A stretch of 38,793 bases of DNA from positions 1-38,793 of the forward strand of contig CAKSPL010000002.1 of assembly GCA_934481325.1 (NCBI GenBank), written 5' to 3'. The translations under genes and the position numbers were made by a program. Within the stretch, counting starts at the first letter, position 1. The number at the start of each line of letters is the position of its first letter. A model generated the notes under the pieces. The model ran no database searches. It saw nothing but the letters and a program-made list of their open reading frames with translations, and had not been told where the DNA came from. Shown one piece after another: positions 1 through 7,813 of this stretch. Source of the DNA: an uncultured Eubacteriales bacterium. GTDB taxonomy: Bacteria > Bacillota > Clostridia > Oscillospirales > CAG-272.

Positions 1-760
1 CGCCGGTGCAATCCAGTACGGGGGCGAAGAACGCGGGGGCGGCGGTTTCCACCGGTTCGACCTCCGCTCTGCCGTCCCGCACGGTGCAGAGCAGGGCGTG
101 TCCCGCTCCGAGCTCGTCAAACCCGCGCCCGCCGAAAAAGCCGCTGTATGCGGCAAGCGTTTCGCCATAGCGCGCGGGCGGGGGCGGGTTGTGAATATGC
201 CCGAGTGCCGCGTAGGCAAAGCCGGAGGCGGCAAGCGCGCCGGTCGGCAGAGGGGCGTAGGGTGAGGTTGGGGAAACAGTGTCCCCGTGCGCCAGCAGAA
301 GCGACACGCGCCCCGCCGGTCGGTCGGCGGTGATGCCGAGGGCGGGCGCGCCCCCGGTGGCGGAGCGGAAAGCATAGCCGAATACCGTTACGCCAAGCTC
401 GGGAAAATCAAAATATCCCAGCTCCCGCTCCGTAAAAAGGCACACGCTTTCCGGAATCGTTGCCGCGTGCCAGCATCCGGTTTCGGTGTAAAAATCGTGA
501 TTACCGGGGGCGATGACCGTCGGCAAACCGACCCTGGCAAGAATCCGGTAAAAGAGCGCAACGTCCTCGCCGGGGGCGTGCGGGGAGTCAAACACATCGC
601 CGGCAAACAAAACAAGGGAGGCACCGTCTGCTTTTGCTTTGGTCAGCAGGGCTTCCAGCGCGGCAAACTGCGCCTCGCGCCAGTGCCGTGCCGTTTCGGG
701 CGGGAAAGCCGCCAAGGGGCTTGACAGATGGAGATCCGCCAGGTGGAGAAAACGAATCAT
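1..760 (-). CDS. Metallophosphoesterase (calcineurin-like, SbcD/YhaO-type), N-terminal part; C-terminus runs off the window
   Basis: Absent from the ORF track because it is open at the window edge. My minus-strand translation from ATG (760..758) reads MIRFLHLADLHLSS...LVLFAGDVFDSPH...VIAPGNHDF...LLLAHGD...ALGHIHNP. These are the DxH / GD / GNHD / H / GHxH phosphoesterase motifs in canonical order. AGGAG lies on the complement of 764..770. Confidence 0.75.
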   Translation of the reverse strand, partial: MIRFLHLADLHLSSPLAAFPPETARHWREAQFAALEALLTKAKADGASLVLFAGDVFDSPHAPGEDVALFYRILARVGLPTVIAPGNHDFYTETGCWHAATIPESVCLFTERELGYFDFPELGVTVFGYAFRSATGGAPALGITADRPAGRVSLLLAHGDTVSPTSPYAPLPTGALAASGFAYAALGHIHNPPPPARYGETLAAYSGFFGGRGFDELGAGHALLCTVRDGRAEVEPVETAAPAFFAPVLDCTG

Positions 761-831
761 AATCGCTCCTTTCGGGGGCGGCGCGGAGGACACCCGGCTC
801 GCCGCGTGCAGGTCGTTTTTGTGATTACACT

Positions 832-844
832 TATTATACCACGA
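832..844 (-). promoter_or_regulatory. Extended -10 promoter-like box, proximal copy (minus strand TCGTGGTATAATA)
   Basis: The minus strand reads TGgTATAAT (TGn + perfect -10) about 70 nt upstream of the metallophosphoesterase ATG. No good -35 is present. Confidence 0.35.
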
Positions 845-958
845 TGCAAAAATGTTTGCTCGCAAGGGCATTTTTGCGAGGCCGTCAATGCCACAGCCGT
901 GCGCAAGCACGGGGAGGCGACAGCCGTGAAGGCTTGTGTGAACAAGACTTCCTGTGGC

Positions 959-971
959 TATTATACCACGA
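959..971 (-). promoter_or_regulatory. Extended -10 promoter-like box, distal copy (identical 13-mer)
   Basis: The same 13 nt (plus strand tattataccacga) recurs 127 bp from the first copy. Confidence 0.3.
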
Positions 972-996
972 AAAGAGGGGGCTTGCAAGGCAGCAC

Positions 997-1025
997 TTGA
1001 TTTTTACGGGGAAATATGGTAAAAT
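997..1025 (+). promoter_or_regulatory. Sigma-70-type promoter for the DUF445 gene
   Basis: TTGATT (997..1002), 17-nt spacer, then TGgTAAAAT with the -10 at 1020..1025. It lies about 40 nt upstream of ATG 1064. Confidence 0.45.
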
Positions 1026-1063
1026 AAGAAAAAAGCCCGCACGCGGGCGGGAGAGGACAGGAT

Positions 1064-1948
1064 ATGGAACAGTTTCTGAAAATCGTGGGGGTGCTCTCGG
1101 GTCCCCTGGTCGGTCTTGTAATCGGCATTATCACCAACTATATTGCGGTTAAAATGCTGTTTCGCCCCCTGAAGGAGGTGCGGATTTTCGGGCTTCGGCT
1201 GCCCTTTACCCCCGGCATTATTCCGCGCCGTCAGTCGGCGTTGGCGCACGCGATGGGCGTGATGGTGGGGCAGTCGCTGGTACGGGAGGAGGACCTTTAT
1301 CGGGTTTTCCTGTCGGACGAGATTGCCGACGTGGTGATTCGCAAGGCAACGGAGCTGCCCGTGTTTGCCGTGATGGGGGCAAACGTATTCCGTGAGGCGT
1401 ACCCCGAAAAACGCGAGAAAATCCTGGACTTTTTAGAGGAAAAAATCCTTGCCGCCGTGCGGGAATTTGACCCCGCCGCCGTGGTGTTTGAGGAGGGGAG
1501 TGCCGCACTGAAAAACGCGGCGGCGGGCAATCCGCTGTTGCGGATGTTTGTGACCGATTCTCTCATTGCATCCTTTGCACAGCCGGTCAGTGACAAGGTC
1601 AACGAATACCTGGATACCACCGGCAGGGAAAAACTGCGCGAAAAGCTTTCGGCGGAGCTTGCGGCAATTGAGGCAAAAGCCCCCGCCGATCTCGTGGGGG
1701 GAAAGGAAGCCCTTGCGGGGCTGGTGCGCAATGCTTACGAGCATCTCATCGGCGCGTTTGCAAAGGAGCTTTCCTCCAAATTCCACCTGGCGGAAATCGT
1801 GGAGGAAAAAATCAACGCAATGCCCGCAAAGGAGCTGGAAACGCTGGTGCTTTCGGTGATGAAGAAGGAGCTGAACGCCGTGATCTGGCTTGGCGGCGTG
1901 ATCGGGTTTGTGCTGGGGCTGATTACGATGCTGGTCAATATGATTTGA
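1064..1948 (+). CDS. DUF445-family membrane protein (YheB-like)
   Basis: 294-aa ORF with an N-terminal TM helix and the motif NYIAVKMLFRP...PFTPGIIPRR, typical of DUF445. There is also a C-terminal TM helix. GAGAGGA lies upstream of the ATG. Confidence 0.8.
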   Translation: MEQFLKIVGVLSGPLVGLVIGIITNYIAVKMLFRPLKEVRIFGLRLPFTPGIIPRRQSALAHAMGVMVGQSLVREEDLYRVFLSDEIADVVIRKATELPVFAVMGANVFREAYPEKREKILDFLEEKILAAVREFDPAAVVFEEGSAALKNAAAGNPLLRMFVTDSLIASFAQPVSDKVNEYLDTTGREKLREKLSAELAAIEAKAPADLVGGKEALAGLVRNAYEHLIGAFAKELSSKFHLAEIVEEKINAMPAKELETLVLSVMKKELNAVIWLGGVIGFVLGLITMLVNMI

Positions 1949-2074
1949 CAGGAGACCTGAAAATGAAACTGGAAAACGGGGCAAATTGTCACGATTTGTT
2001 GGGTAAAGAGGCGAAACCGACGCTTGGGTTTTCCCCGCGGGCAGTTTGCGATTCAGGCGGTCAGTGAGTGAGAC

Positions 2075-2377
2075 GGCAGGCACAAAGAAAAAGCTATGGA
2101 AAAAGAAATGCCGAGGAGAGACGCGCCAAAGGAAACTTTTTGAGAAAAGTTTCCTCTGGACTCCTTCCAAAATCTTTGCACGGCTGATGCCGGACTTTGG
2201 GTGTGTAAACTCAAGGCAACGCGAGAGCCTATTAGCCGCCGTCGAAGACGGAGTTCGCAGGTGCCCGGGGGTAGTTATCCTTTTGTTTGAAAGGTTTTGA
2301 AGGGGGGTCAAGGGGGGTGCCTTTCCCAAAAGGCACCCCCCTTGCGCGTCCCCTCGCGTCTCCCGTATCCCTTGCGC
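2075..2377 (+). repeat. Mosaic intergenic repeat, copy A (full: left module + core + tail hairpin)
   Basis: Core ggactccttccaaaatctttgcacggctgatgccggactttgggtgtgt starts at 2157. Hairpins are GGAAACTTTT..AAAAGTTTCC (2130..2153) and GGGGGGTGCCTTT..AAAGGCACCCCCC (2311..2340). The element is homologous to copies at 3509, 17160, 35134(-) and 38666(-). Confidence 0.8.
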
Positions 2378-2395
2378 GTTTTAAATGAATAATGT

Positions 2396-3469
2396 TCAGA
2401 AAAACGCGCGGTAGGCACGGTAGGCACCGGGCAGGGCGAATGTCCGATCCAACTCCTCCCGGTCGGTAAAAAAGAGGCTTTCCGGCAAAAAGGTGGCACA
2501 CGTGCTGAGTTTTGCGGCACTTCCGCTCGGGAGAACGACCTCAAAGCCCGTCATTTGCCACTCGATATGCGTAAAAATGTGCTTGGCTTGCCCCAACGGT
2601 GCCACGCGCAAGGGTGGAAACCCTGCGGCGGCAAACAGCGCGGCAAGTTCCTCCGTGTTGTAAAAGCCGTTCAGACACGGCGGCTCGTAAAGTCCGGCAA
2701 GCAGACCTTTCCCCGGGCGTTTGGTCAGCGCGGTGCGTGCGCCGTCCCGCAGGAGCAAAACCGTGCGTTTCTCCACCCGTCTGGGGGCTTTTTTTGTTTT
2801 TTGGGGGAATTCCGTCTCTTTTCCGGCAAGGTGCGCGGCACACAAACGGGACATCGGACATTCCGCGCATTTCGGCGCGCCGTTCGGCAGGCAAACGGTA
2901 GCACCCAACTCCATTATCGCCTGATTGAACAGTGCGGGTGCGTTTTCCGGTTGTGCCGCCGCAACCGCGGCGGTGATTTCTTTTTTGACCGCAGGAACGG
3001 TAATCGGTTCCCCATACGCGCAAAGGCGCGTGACCACGCGCATCACGTTCCCGTCCACGGCGGGGTAGGGCAAATCAAACGCAAAGGAGGCAATTGCCCC
3101 GGCGGTGTAGTCTCCGATGCCGCACAGGGCGCGGATTTCGGGATAAGTATGCGGAAAAATGCCGCCGTACTCTGCCATCACGATTTTGGCGGCCCTTTGC
3201 ATATTGCGCACCCGGCTGTAATAGCCGAGCCCCTCCCAGAGCTTGAGTAAAAGCTCCTCCGGCGCGGCGGCGAGTGCCGCCACCCCCGGCAGATAGTCAA
3301 GGAAGTTGAAATAGTAGGGAATTACTGCCTCCACGCGGGTTTGCTGCAACATAATTTCGGAAAGCCAGATGCGGTAAGGATCCTTTGTTTTCCGCCAGGG
3401 CAGGTCGCGCGCGTTGGTTTGATACCACGGAAATAGCGGGGTAAGATCGGGCAGGGTCAGGGAAGCCAT
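2396..3469 (-). CDS. mutY: A/G-specific adenine DNA glycosylase MutY
   Basis: Motifs seen: LPWR..DPYRIWLSEIMLQQTRV, GLGYYSRVRNM, and the Fe-S loop CLPNGAPKCAECPMSRLC, plus a NUDIX-like C-terminal domain. The start was moved from 3661 (repeat-derived) to ATG 3469..3467 (MASLTLPD), which has AGGAG upstream. Confidence 0.9.
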   Translation of the reverse strand: MASLTLPDLTPLFPWYQTNARDLPWRKTKDPYRIWLSEIMLQQTRVEAVIPYYFNFLDYLPGVAALAAAPEELLLKLWEGLGYYSRVRNMQRAAKIVMAEYGGIFPHTYPEIRALCGIGDYTAGAIASFAFDLPYPAVDGNVMRVVTRLCAYGEPITVPAVKKEITAAVAAAQPENAPALFNQAIMELGATVCLPNGAPKCAECPMSRLCAAHLAGKETEFPQKTKKAPRRVEKRTVLLLRDGARTALTKRPGKGLLAGLYEPPCLNGFYNTEELAALFAAAGFPPLRVAPLGQAKHIFTHIEWQMTGFEVVLPSGSAAKLSTCATFLPESLFFTDREELDRTFALPGAYRAYRAFF

Positions 3470-3508
3470 TTCAAAACTCCTTTCATATAGAATGTGAGCG
3501 TCCGGGTG

Positions 3509-3686
3509 CCGGAGGAAACTTTTTTCAAAAAGTTTCCTCCGGACTCCTTCCAAAATCTTTGCACGGCTGATGCCGGACTTTGGGTGTGTGAACCTAAAGC
3601 AACGCGTGAGCCGTATAGCCGCCGTCGAAGACGGAGTCCGCAGGTGGTGCAGGGGGGACACTTTCCAAAAAGCGTCCCCCCTGCCG
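3509..3686 (+). repeat. Mosaic intergenic repeat, copy B (core + variant hairpins)
   Basis: Contains the hairpin GGAGGAAACTTTTT..AAAAAGTTTCCTCC (3511..3540). The core from 3541 is identical to copy A for its first 49 nt. The terminal hairpin is GGGGGGAC..GTCCCCCC (about 3653..3680). Confidence 0.8.
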
Positions 3687-3688
3687 GG

Positions 3689-4615
3689 TTATTTCAGGAA
3701 CCCGTTGATGATTTGTTCTTCGGCTTCCTTTTCGGTCAGTCCCAGCGTCATCAGCTTGATGAGCTGTTCGCCCGCAATCTTGCCGATTGCCGCTTCGTGA
3801 ATCAGCGACGCCTCGGGGTGGTTGGCGGCGATTTCCGGCACGGCACTGACCCGCGCGCCGTCCATAATGATGGCGTCACATTCCGTGTGTCCCGAACAGC
3901 GGTTGTTGCCGTTGATATGAGAAACGAATTTTTGCGCGGAGCTGTCCTTTGCCACCGAGCGGGAGACCACGTGAGTGCCGCAGTCCGTGCCGTCGAGATC
4001 CACGTCAAAGCGGGTTTCGGCGTGCTGTGCGCCGTGGGTCATAATTTTTTCGTGAATAATCAGCGTTGCCCCGTCCGAGAGTTTGCCGGAGGTAGTGCGG
4101 AGCGTGGAGTCAATGCCCTTGATTTGTGCGGTTTCCATCTCCATATAGGCGTTTTTGCCGAGATATACCACAGTGGTGGGGTTCATCGTGTTTTTGCCGT
4201 TTCCGTCCCCCTCTCCGTAGTGCTTTTCAATATATTTGACCTTGGCACCCTCCTCCAGATAAAAGGTGTGGATACCGCTGTGTTCGCTTTCCTTACTGCC
4301 CGCGTTGTGAATGCCGCAACCGGCAACGATGGTCACATCCGCGCCCGCGCCGACGTGAAAATCGTTGTAAACAAGGTCGTGAAGTCCGGTTTCCGCCAGC
4401 AGAACCGGAATATGCACGCTCTCCTTTTTGGTGCCGGGCTTGATGTAAATATCAATGCCGGGCTTGTCCTCTTTTTTCACAATATCGATATGCTCCGAGG
4501 AGTTTTTACCGAAAAGACTGCCGTTGATGCGCAACGAGTAAGCCCCCTGCGGCACATCGTGAATGCCGGCAATTTCCTCCAAAAGATTTTTCTCAATCTG
4601 CGTCAGTTCAGCCAT
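3689..4615 (-). CDS. SufB/SufD-family Fe-S cluster assembly protein (short form)
   Basis: 308 aa with a beta-helix-like repeat sequence and the C-terminal ...HEAAIGKIAGEQLIKLMTLGLTEKEAEEQIINGFL typical of SufB/D. It overlaps the upstream sufC by 8 nt. Confidence 0.85.
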   Translation of the reverse strand: MAELTQIEKNLLEEIAGIHDVPQGAYSLRINGSLFGKNSSEHIDIVKKEDKPGIDIYIKPGTKKESVHIPVLLAETGLHDLVYNDFHVGAGADVTIVAGCGIHNAGSKESEHSGIHTFYLEEGAKVKYIEKHYGEGDGNGKNTMNPTTVVYLGKNAYMEMETAQIKGIDSTLRTTSGKLSDGATLIIHEKIMTHGAQHAETRFDVDLDGTDCGTHVVSRSVAKDSSAQKFVSHINGNNRCSGHTECDAIIMDGARVSAVPEIAANHPEASLIHEAAIGKIAGEQLIKLMTLGLTEKEAEEQIINGFLK

Positions 4616-5339
4616 TGTTTTTCACCTCCGCGTAACGGCACATTCCCTGTGCGTTCAGCAAGTTGGGCATAATTTCTTCCTTGGAGCCGATTGCCGCCAC
4701 CCTGCCGCCCGAAATCACGATGATTTTGTCGGCGATGTCGAGAATCCGCTCCTGATGCGAAATGATGAGAATACTGCCCTTGGTGCGCTCATACATTTTT
4801 TCAAACACGCGAATCAGGCTGTTGAAGCTCCACAGGTCGATGCCCGCCTCCGGTTCGTCAAACACCGAAAACGCGGTGCCGCGCGCGTTGATCATCGCAA
4901 TTTCAATGCGTTTGAGTTCGCCCCCCGAGAGCGACGCGTTGACCTCACGGTTCACATATTCCTTGGCGCAAAGCCCGACCTCGGAAAGGTATTCGCACAC
5001 GCCGGAGATCGTCATTTTTTCACCGGCGGCAAGCGAGATAAGGTCCTTTACCGTCAGCCCCTTGAAGCGCACGGGCTGCTGAAACGCAAAGCTGATGCCG
5101 CGCCGCGCCCGCTCGGTGACCGAAAGCCCGGTGATGTCCTCTCCGTCCAAAAGCACCCTGCCGGTGGTGGGGGTTACGATGCCGGCAATGATTTTGGCGA
5201 GCGTGGATTTGCCGGAGCCGTTGGGCCCCGTGACCGCCACAAACCGTTCGCTGACCGAAAAGCTCACATCCTCGAGAATGACGGTTTTTCCGCCGTCCTC
5301 GGCGGGAACGGTCAGCCCGATATGCTGTAACTCTAACAT
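4608..5339 (-). CDS. sufC: Fe-S cluster assembly ATPase SufC (ABC ATPase)
   Basis: Walker A GPNGSGKST, ABC signature LSGGELKR, Walker B FSVFDEPEAGID, H-loop IISHQ. It is paired with the SufB/D gene. Confidence 0.9.
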   Translation of the reverse strand: MLELQHIGLTVPAEDGGKTVILEDVSFSVSERFVAVTGPNGSGKSTLAKIIAGIVTPTTGRVLLDGEDITGLSVTERARRGISFAFQQPVRFKGLTVKDLISLAAGEKMTISGVCEYLSEVGLCAKEYVNREVNASLSGGELKRIEIAMINARGTAFSVFDEPEAGIDLWSFNSLIRVFEKMYERTKGSILIISHQERILDIADKIIVISGGRVAAIGSKEEIMPNLLNAQGMCRYAEVKNNG

Positions 5340-5375
5340 AAGTGAAAAACTCCTTTTGGGATAAAATCATTTTTC

Positions 5376-5404
5376 AGTATAGCACACCGCGCGGCGGTTT
5401 GCAA
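5376..5404 (-). promoter_or_regulatory. Sigma-70-type promoter for sufC-sufB/D
   Basis: On the minus strand: TTGCAA (5404..5399), 17 nt, then TGcTATACT with the -10 at 5381..5376. It lies about 35 nt upstream of ATG 5339. Confidence 0.5.
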
Positions 5405-5484
5405 GCGTGATTTTCGTGCTTTTCCTTATTTTGAGCAAAAAGGAGAGAAATATCACAGAGAAAGAGGGAAAAGAAAAACCAAAT

Positions 5485-5502
5485 TTGTTACAAATTTCAC
5501 AA
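5485..5502. promoter_or_regulatory. Rex-like operator dyad TTGTTAC-AAAT-TTCACAA
   Basis: The right half TTCACAA matches the general Rex half-site exactly. The left half TTGTTAC matches the clostridial variant TTGTTAA at 6/7. It ends 9 nt before the -35 of the operon promoter. It overlaps a perfect dyad AAATTTGT-T-ACAAATTT (5481..5497). Confidence 0.45.
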
Positions 5503-5511
5503 GTGCGCCCC

Positions 5512-5541
5512 TTGACGAAAAAAGGCGGGGTGTGCTATAAT
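5512..5541 (+). promoter_or_regulatory. Strong sigma-70-type promoter of the fumC-hdr-flx-frd operon
   Basis: TTGACG (5512..5517), 18-nt spacer, then TGcTATAAT with the -10 at 5536..5541. A second TATAAT lies at 5543..5548. It is about 50 nt upstream of fumC. Confidence 0.6.
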
Positions 5542-5595
5542 GTATAATGTAAATTTGCGGCTTTTGCCGCGCGAAAATACAGGAGGATTTGCAAA

Positions 5596-6972
5596 ATGGA
5601 ATATCGCATTGAACACGACTCGATGGGTGAAGTGAAAGTACCCGCCGACCGCTACTGGGCGGCGCAGACCGAACGCAGCCACGAAAACTTTCCGATCGGT
5701 GTGGGAATTGAGACGATGCCCCGCGAGATTACGCACGCGTTCGGCATTCTGAAAAAGGCGGCGGCAATGGCAAACGCCACGCTCAAGCCCGAAAAGATGA
5801 CCGCCGAGAAGCTTGCCGCCATCAGTGCCGCGTGCGACGAAGTGATTTCCGGCAAGCTGAACGACCATTTCCCGCTTGTGGTATGGCAGACCGGTTCCGG
5901 CACGCAGTCCAATATGAACGCCAACGAGGTGATTGCCAACCGCGCCAACGAGATTGCCGGCGCGAAGCTCTGCCACCCGAACGACGATATCAACATGAGC
6001 CAGTCCTCCAACGACACCTTCCCCACGGCAATGCACATTGCGGCGGTTGCGGCGATTGAGGACAAGCTGTTCCCGGCGATTGACAAGCTGGTGGAGACCT
6101 TCAAGCGGCTGGAAAAAGAGAACGAGGGCATCATCAAGAGCGGACGCACCCACCTGCAGGACGCGACCCCGATTGCCTTCTCCCAGGAGATTTCGGGTTG
6201 GAGAACGAGTCTGGAACGCGACCGCGAGCAATTGGCAATCGCCCTGCCGGGGCTCAAAGAGCTGGCACTCGGCGGCACGGCGGTCGGCACCGGACTCAAC
6301 GCCCCCAAGGGCTTTGACGTGAAGGTGGCGGAAGCGGTTTCCGAAATCACGGGCAAAAACTTCACCACGGCGGGCAACAAATTCCACGCGCTGACCTCCA
6401 AGGACGAGATCGTGTTTGCGCACGGTGCCATCAAGGCACTTGCCTGCGATATGATGAAGATTGCCAACGACGTGCGCTGGCTGGCTTCGGGTCCCCGTCT
6501 CGGACTCGGTGAGATTCACATTCCCGAAAACGAGCCCGGCTCCTCTATTATGCCCGGCAAGGTCAACCCCACGCAGTGCGAGGCGGTGACGATGGTAGCG
6601 GTGCAGGTCATGGGCAACGACGTGGCGGTCGGTATGGCGGCGTCCCAGGGCAACTTTGAGCTGAACGTGTTTATGCCCGTGTGCATTTACAACTTCCTGC
6701 AATCCGCCCGCCTGCTCTCCGAGGCAATGATTTCCTTCAACGATCACTGCGCCGTGGGCATTACCGCCAACAAGGAGAAAATGCACGACAACCTGCACAA
6801 CTCCCTGATGCTGGTGACGGCACTGAACCCCTACATCGGCTACGAGAATGCCGCAAAGACCGTCAAGAAGGCGTTCAAGGAGAATATCTCCCTCAAAGAG
6901 GCGTGCGTGGCACTCGGGTTCCTCACCGCGGAGCGGTTTGACGAAGTGTTCCACCCGGAGCAGATGGTCTGA
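5596..6972 (+). CDS. fumC: Class II fumarate hydratase FumC
   Basis: Motifs seen: [50 protein letters not shown], and the signature [16 protein letters not shown]. These are FumC-type rather than AspA-type. AGGAGG RBS. Confidence 0.92.
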   Translation: MEYRIEHDSMGEVKVPADRYWAAQTERSHENFPIGVGIETMPREITHAFGILKKAAAMANATLKPEKMTAEKLAAISAACDEVISGKLNDHFPLVVWQTGSGTQSNMNANEVIANRANEIAGAKLCHPNDDINMSQSSNDTFPTAMHIAAVAAIEDKLFPAIDKLVETFKRLEKENEGIIKSGRTHLQDATPIAFSQEISGWRTSLERDREQLAIALPGLKELALGGTAVGTGLNAPKGFDVKVAEAVSEITGKNFTTAGNKFHALTSKDEIVFAHGAIKALACDMMKIANDVRWLASGPRLGLGEIHIPENEPGSSIMPGKVNPTQCEAVTMVAVQVMGNDVAVGMAASQGNFELNVFMPVCIYNFLQSARLLSEAMISFNDHCAVGITANKEKMHDNLHNSLMLVTALNPYIGYENAAKTVKKAFKENISLKEACVALGFLTAERFDEVFHPEQMV

Positions 6973-7020
6973 TTCCGCCTTGCGGACGACCCCAAAAACT
7001 TGAAGAAGGGAAACAACCCT

Positions 7021-7803
7021 ATGAAATTCAGTTATTATCCCGGATGCACCCTGAAAACCAAGGCAAAGGATCTGGATGCTTACGCACGCAAAAGTGCGGA
7101 GGCACTGGGCTTTACCCTGGAGGAGCTGCCGGAATGGCAGTGCTGCGGGGCGGTTTATCCGATGGCAAGTGACGACATTGCACCCAAGCTCTCCGCCGTG
7201 CGCGCTCTGATGATCGCGCACGAGCGCGGGGAGGAGCTGGTAACGCTGTGTTCTGCCTGCCATAATGTCCTCAAACAGACGAATTATATGATGAAAACCG
7301 ACGCGGCAGGTGCCGCCAAGGTCAACGCTTACTTAAAGCCGGAAGTGCCGTATGCCGGCGAAGCGACGGTGTTGCACTTCCTGGAAGTTCTGCGCGACCG
7401 CGTGGGCTTTGAGGAGCTGGCAAAAAAGGTGGTCAAGCCCCTTACGGGCAGAAAAATCGCCGCGTATTACGGGTGCCTGCTCCTGCGCCCCGGTAAGGTG
7501 ATGGCAATGGACGACCCGGAAAATCCGCGCATCTTAGAAGATTTTATCCGTGCTATCGGCGCGGAGCCGGTTGTTTACGGGATGCGCAACGAATGTTGCG
7601 GCGGATACGTGACGCTGGAAGATAAGTCCCTTGCCGCGAAAAAGAGTACCGCGGTGATGGACAGCGCGGCGGCAAAGGGCGCGGATACCGTGGTAACGGC
7701 GTGCCCGTTGTGCCTGTACAACCTGAAAAAGAACGGCGCACACGCGGAATTGCCCGTGGTTTACTTTACCGAGCTGCTTGCCGAAGCACTGGGTGTGAAA
7801 TGA
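7021..7803 (+). CDS. hdrB: Heterodisulfide reductase subunit B-like (two CCG domains)
   Basis: The pattern C..CCG..CxxC occurs twice: PGCTLK..WQCCGAVYP..LCSACHNV and YYGCLLL..NECCGGYV..ACPLCLYN. I prefer ATG 7021 (MKFSYYPGC) over TTG 7000. Confidence 0.85.
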   Translation: MKFSYYPGCTLKTKAKDLDAYARKSAEALGFTLEELPEWQCCGAVYPMASDDIAPKLSAVRALMIAHERGEELVTLCSACHNVLKQTNYMMKTDAAGAAKVNAYLKPEVPYAGEATVLHFLEVLRDRVGFEELAKKVVKPLTGRKIAAYYGCLLLRPGKVMAMDDPENPRILEDFIRAIGAEPVVYGMRNECCGGYVTLEDKSLAAKKSTAVMDSAAAKGADTVVTACPLCLYNLKKNGAHAELPVVYFTELLAEALGVK

Positions 7804-7813
7804 GGAGGAGACG

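Noticed and set aside
1963-2067. 34-codon small ORF (MKLENGANCHDLLGKEAKPTLGFSPRAVCDSGGQ) with AGGAG 8 nt upstream, just after the DUF445 gene
   Set aside because: It is too short to assess and shows no recognisable feature. It runs into the repeat element and could easily arise by chance. I cannot support it without Ribo-seq or conservation data.
2046-2300. ORFs translating the intergenic repeat (..KSFLWTPSKIFARLMPDFGCVNSRQRE..). Related peptides occur in 3494..4672, 17124..18233 and 34601..35329.
   Set aside because: The shared peptide comes from a DNA repeat found in both orientations, always between genes, with frame-breaking indels between copies and no SD. The repeat is better explained as a structured non-coding element.
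7000-7020. TTG start extending HdrB by 7 codons, and similar long N-terminal extensions in the track. Affected ORFs: mutY to 3661, SDR to 25263, SGNH to 23321, LRR from 23285, NUDIX to 28377, rnj from 28551, crp from 18249, gpsA-like to 36486, deoR from 36593.
   Set aside because: In each case an internal ATG (TTG for the NUDIX gene) has a proper Shine-Dalgarno sequence and coincides with where family similarity begins. The upstream parts cross repeats, terminators or neighbouring genes.
5497-7263. 588-aa minus-strand ORF opposite fumC. Similar long antisense ORFs occur at 8621..9973, 10503..11774, 11561..13021, 28860..30515, 30854..32785, 32626..33966 and 37146..38306.
   Set aside because: The reasoning is the same in each case. 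Each overlaps a sense-strand gene with clear family motifs, has biased composition, lacks an RBS, and starts or stops inside neighbouring genes.
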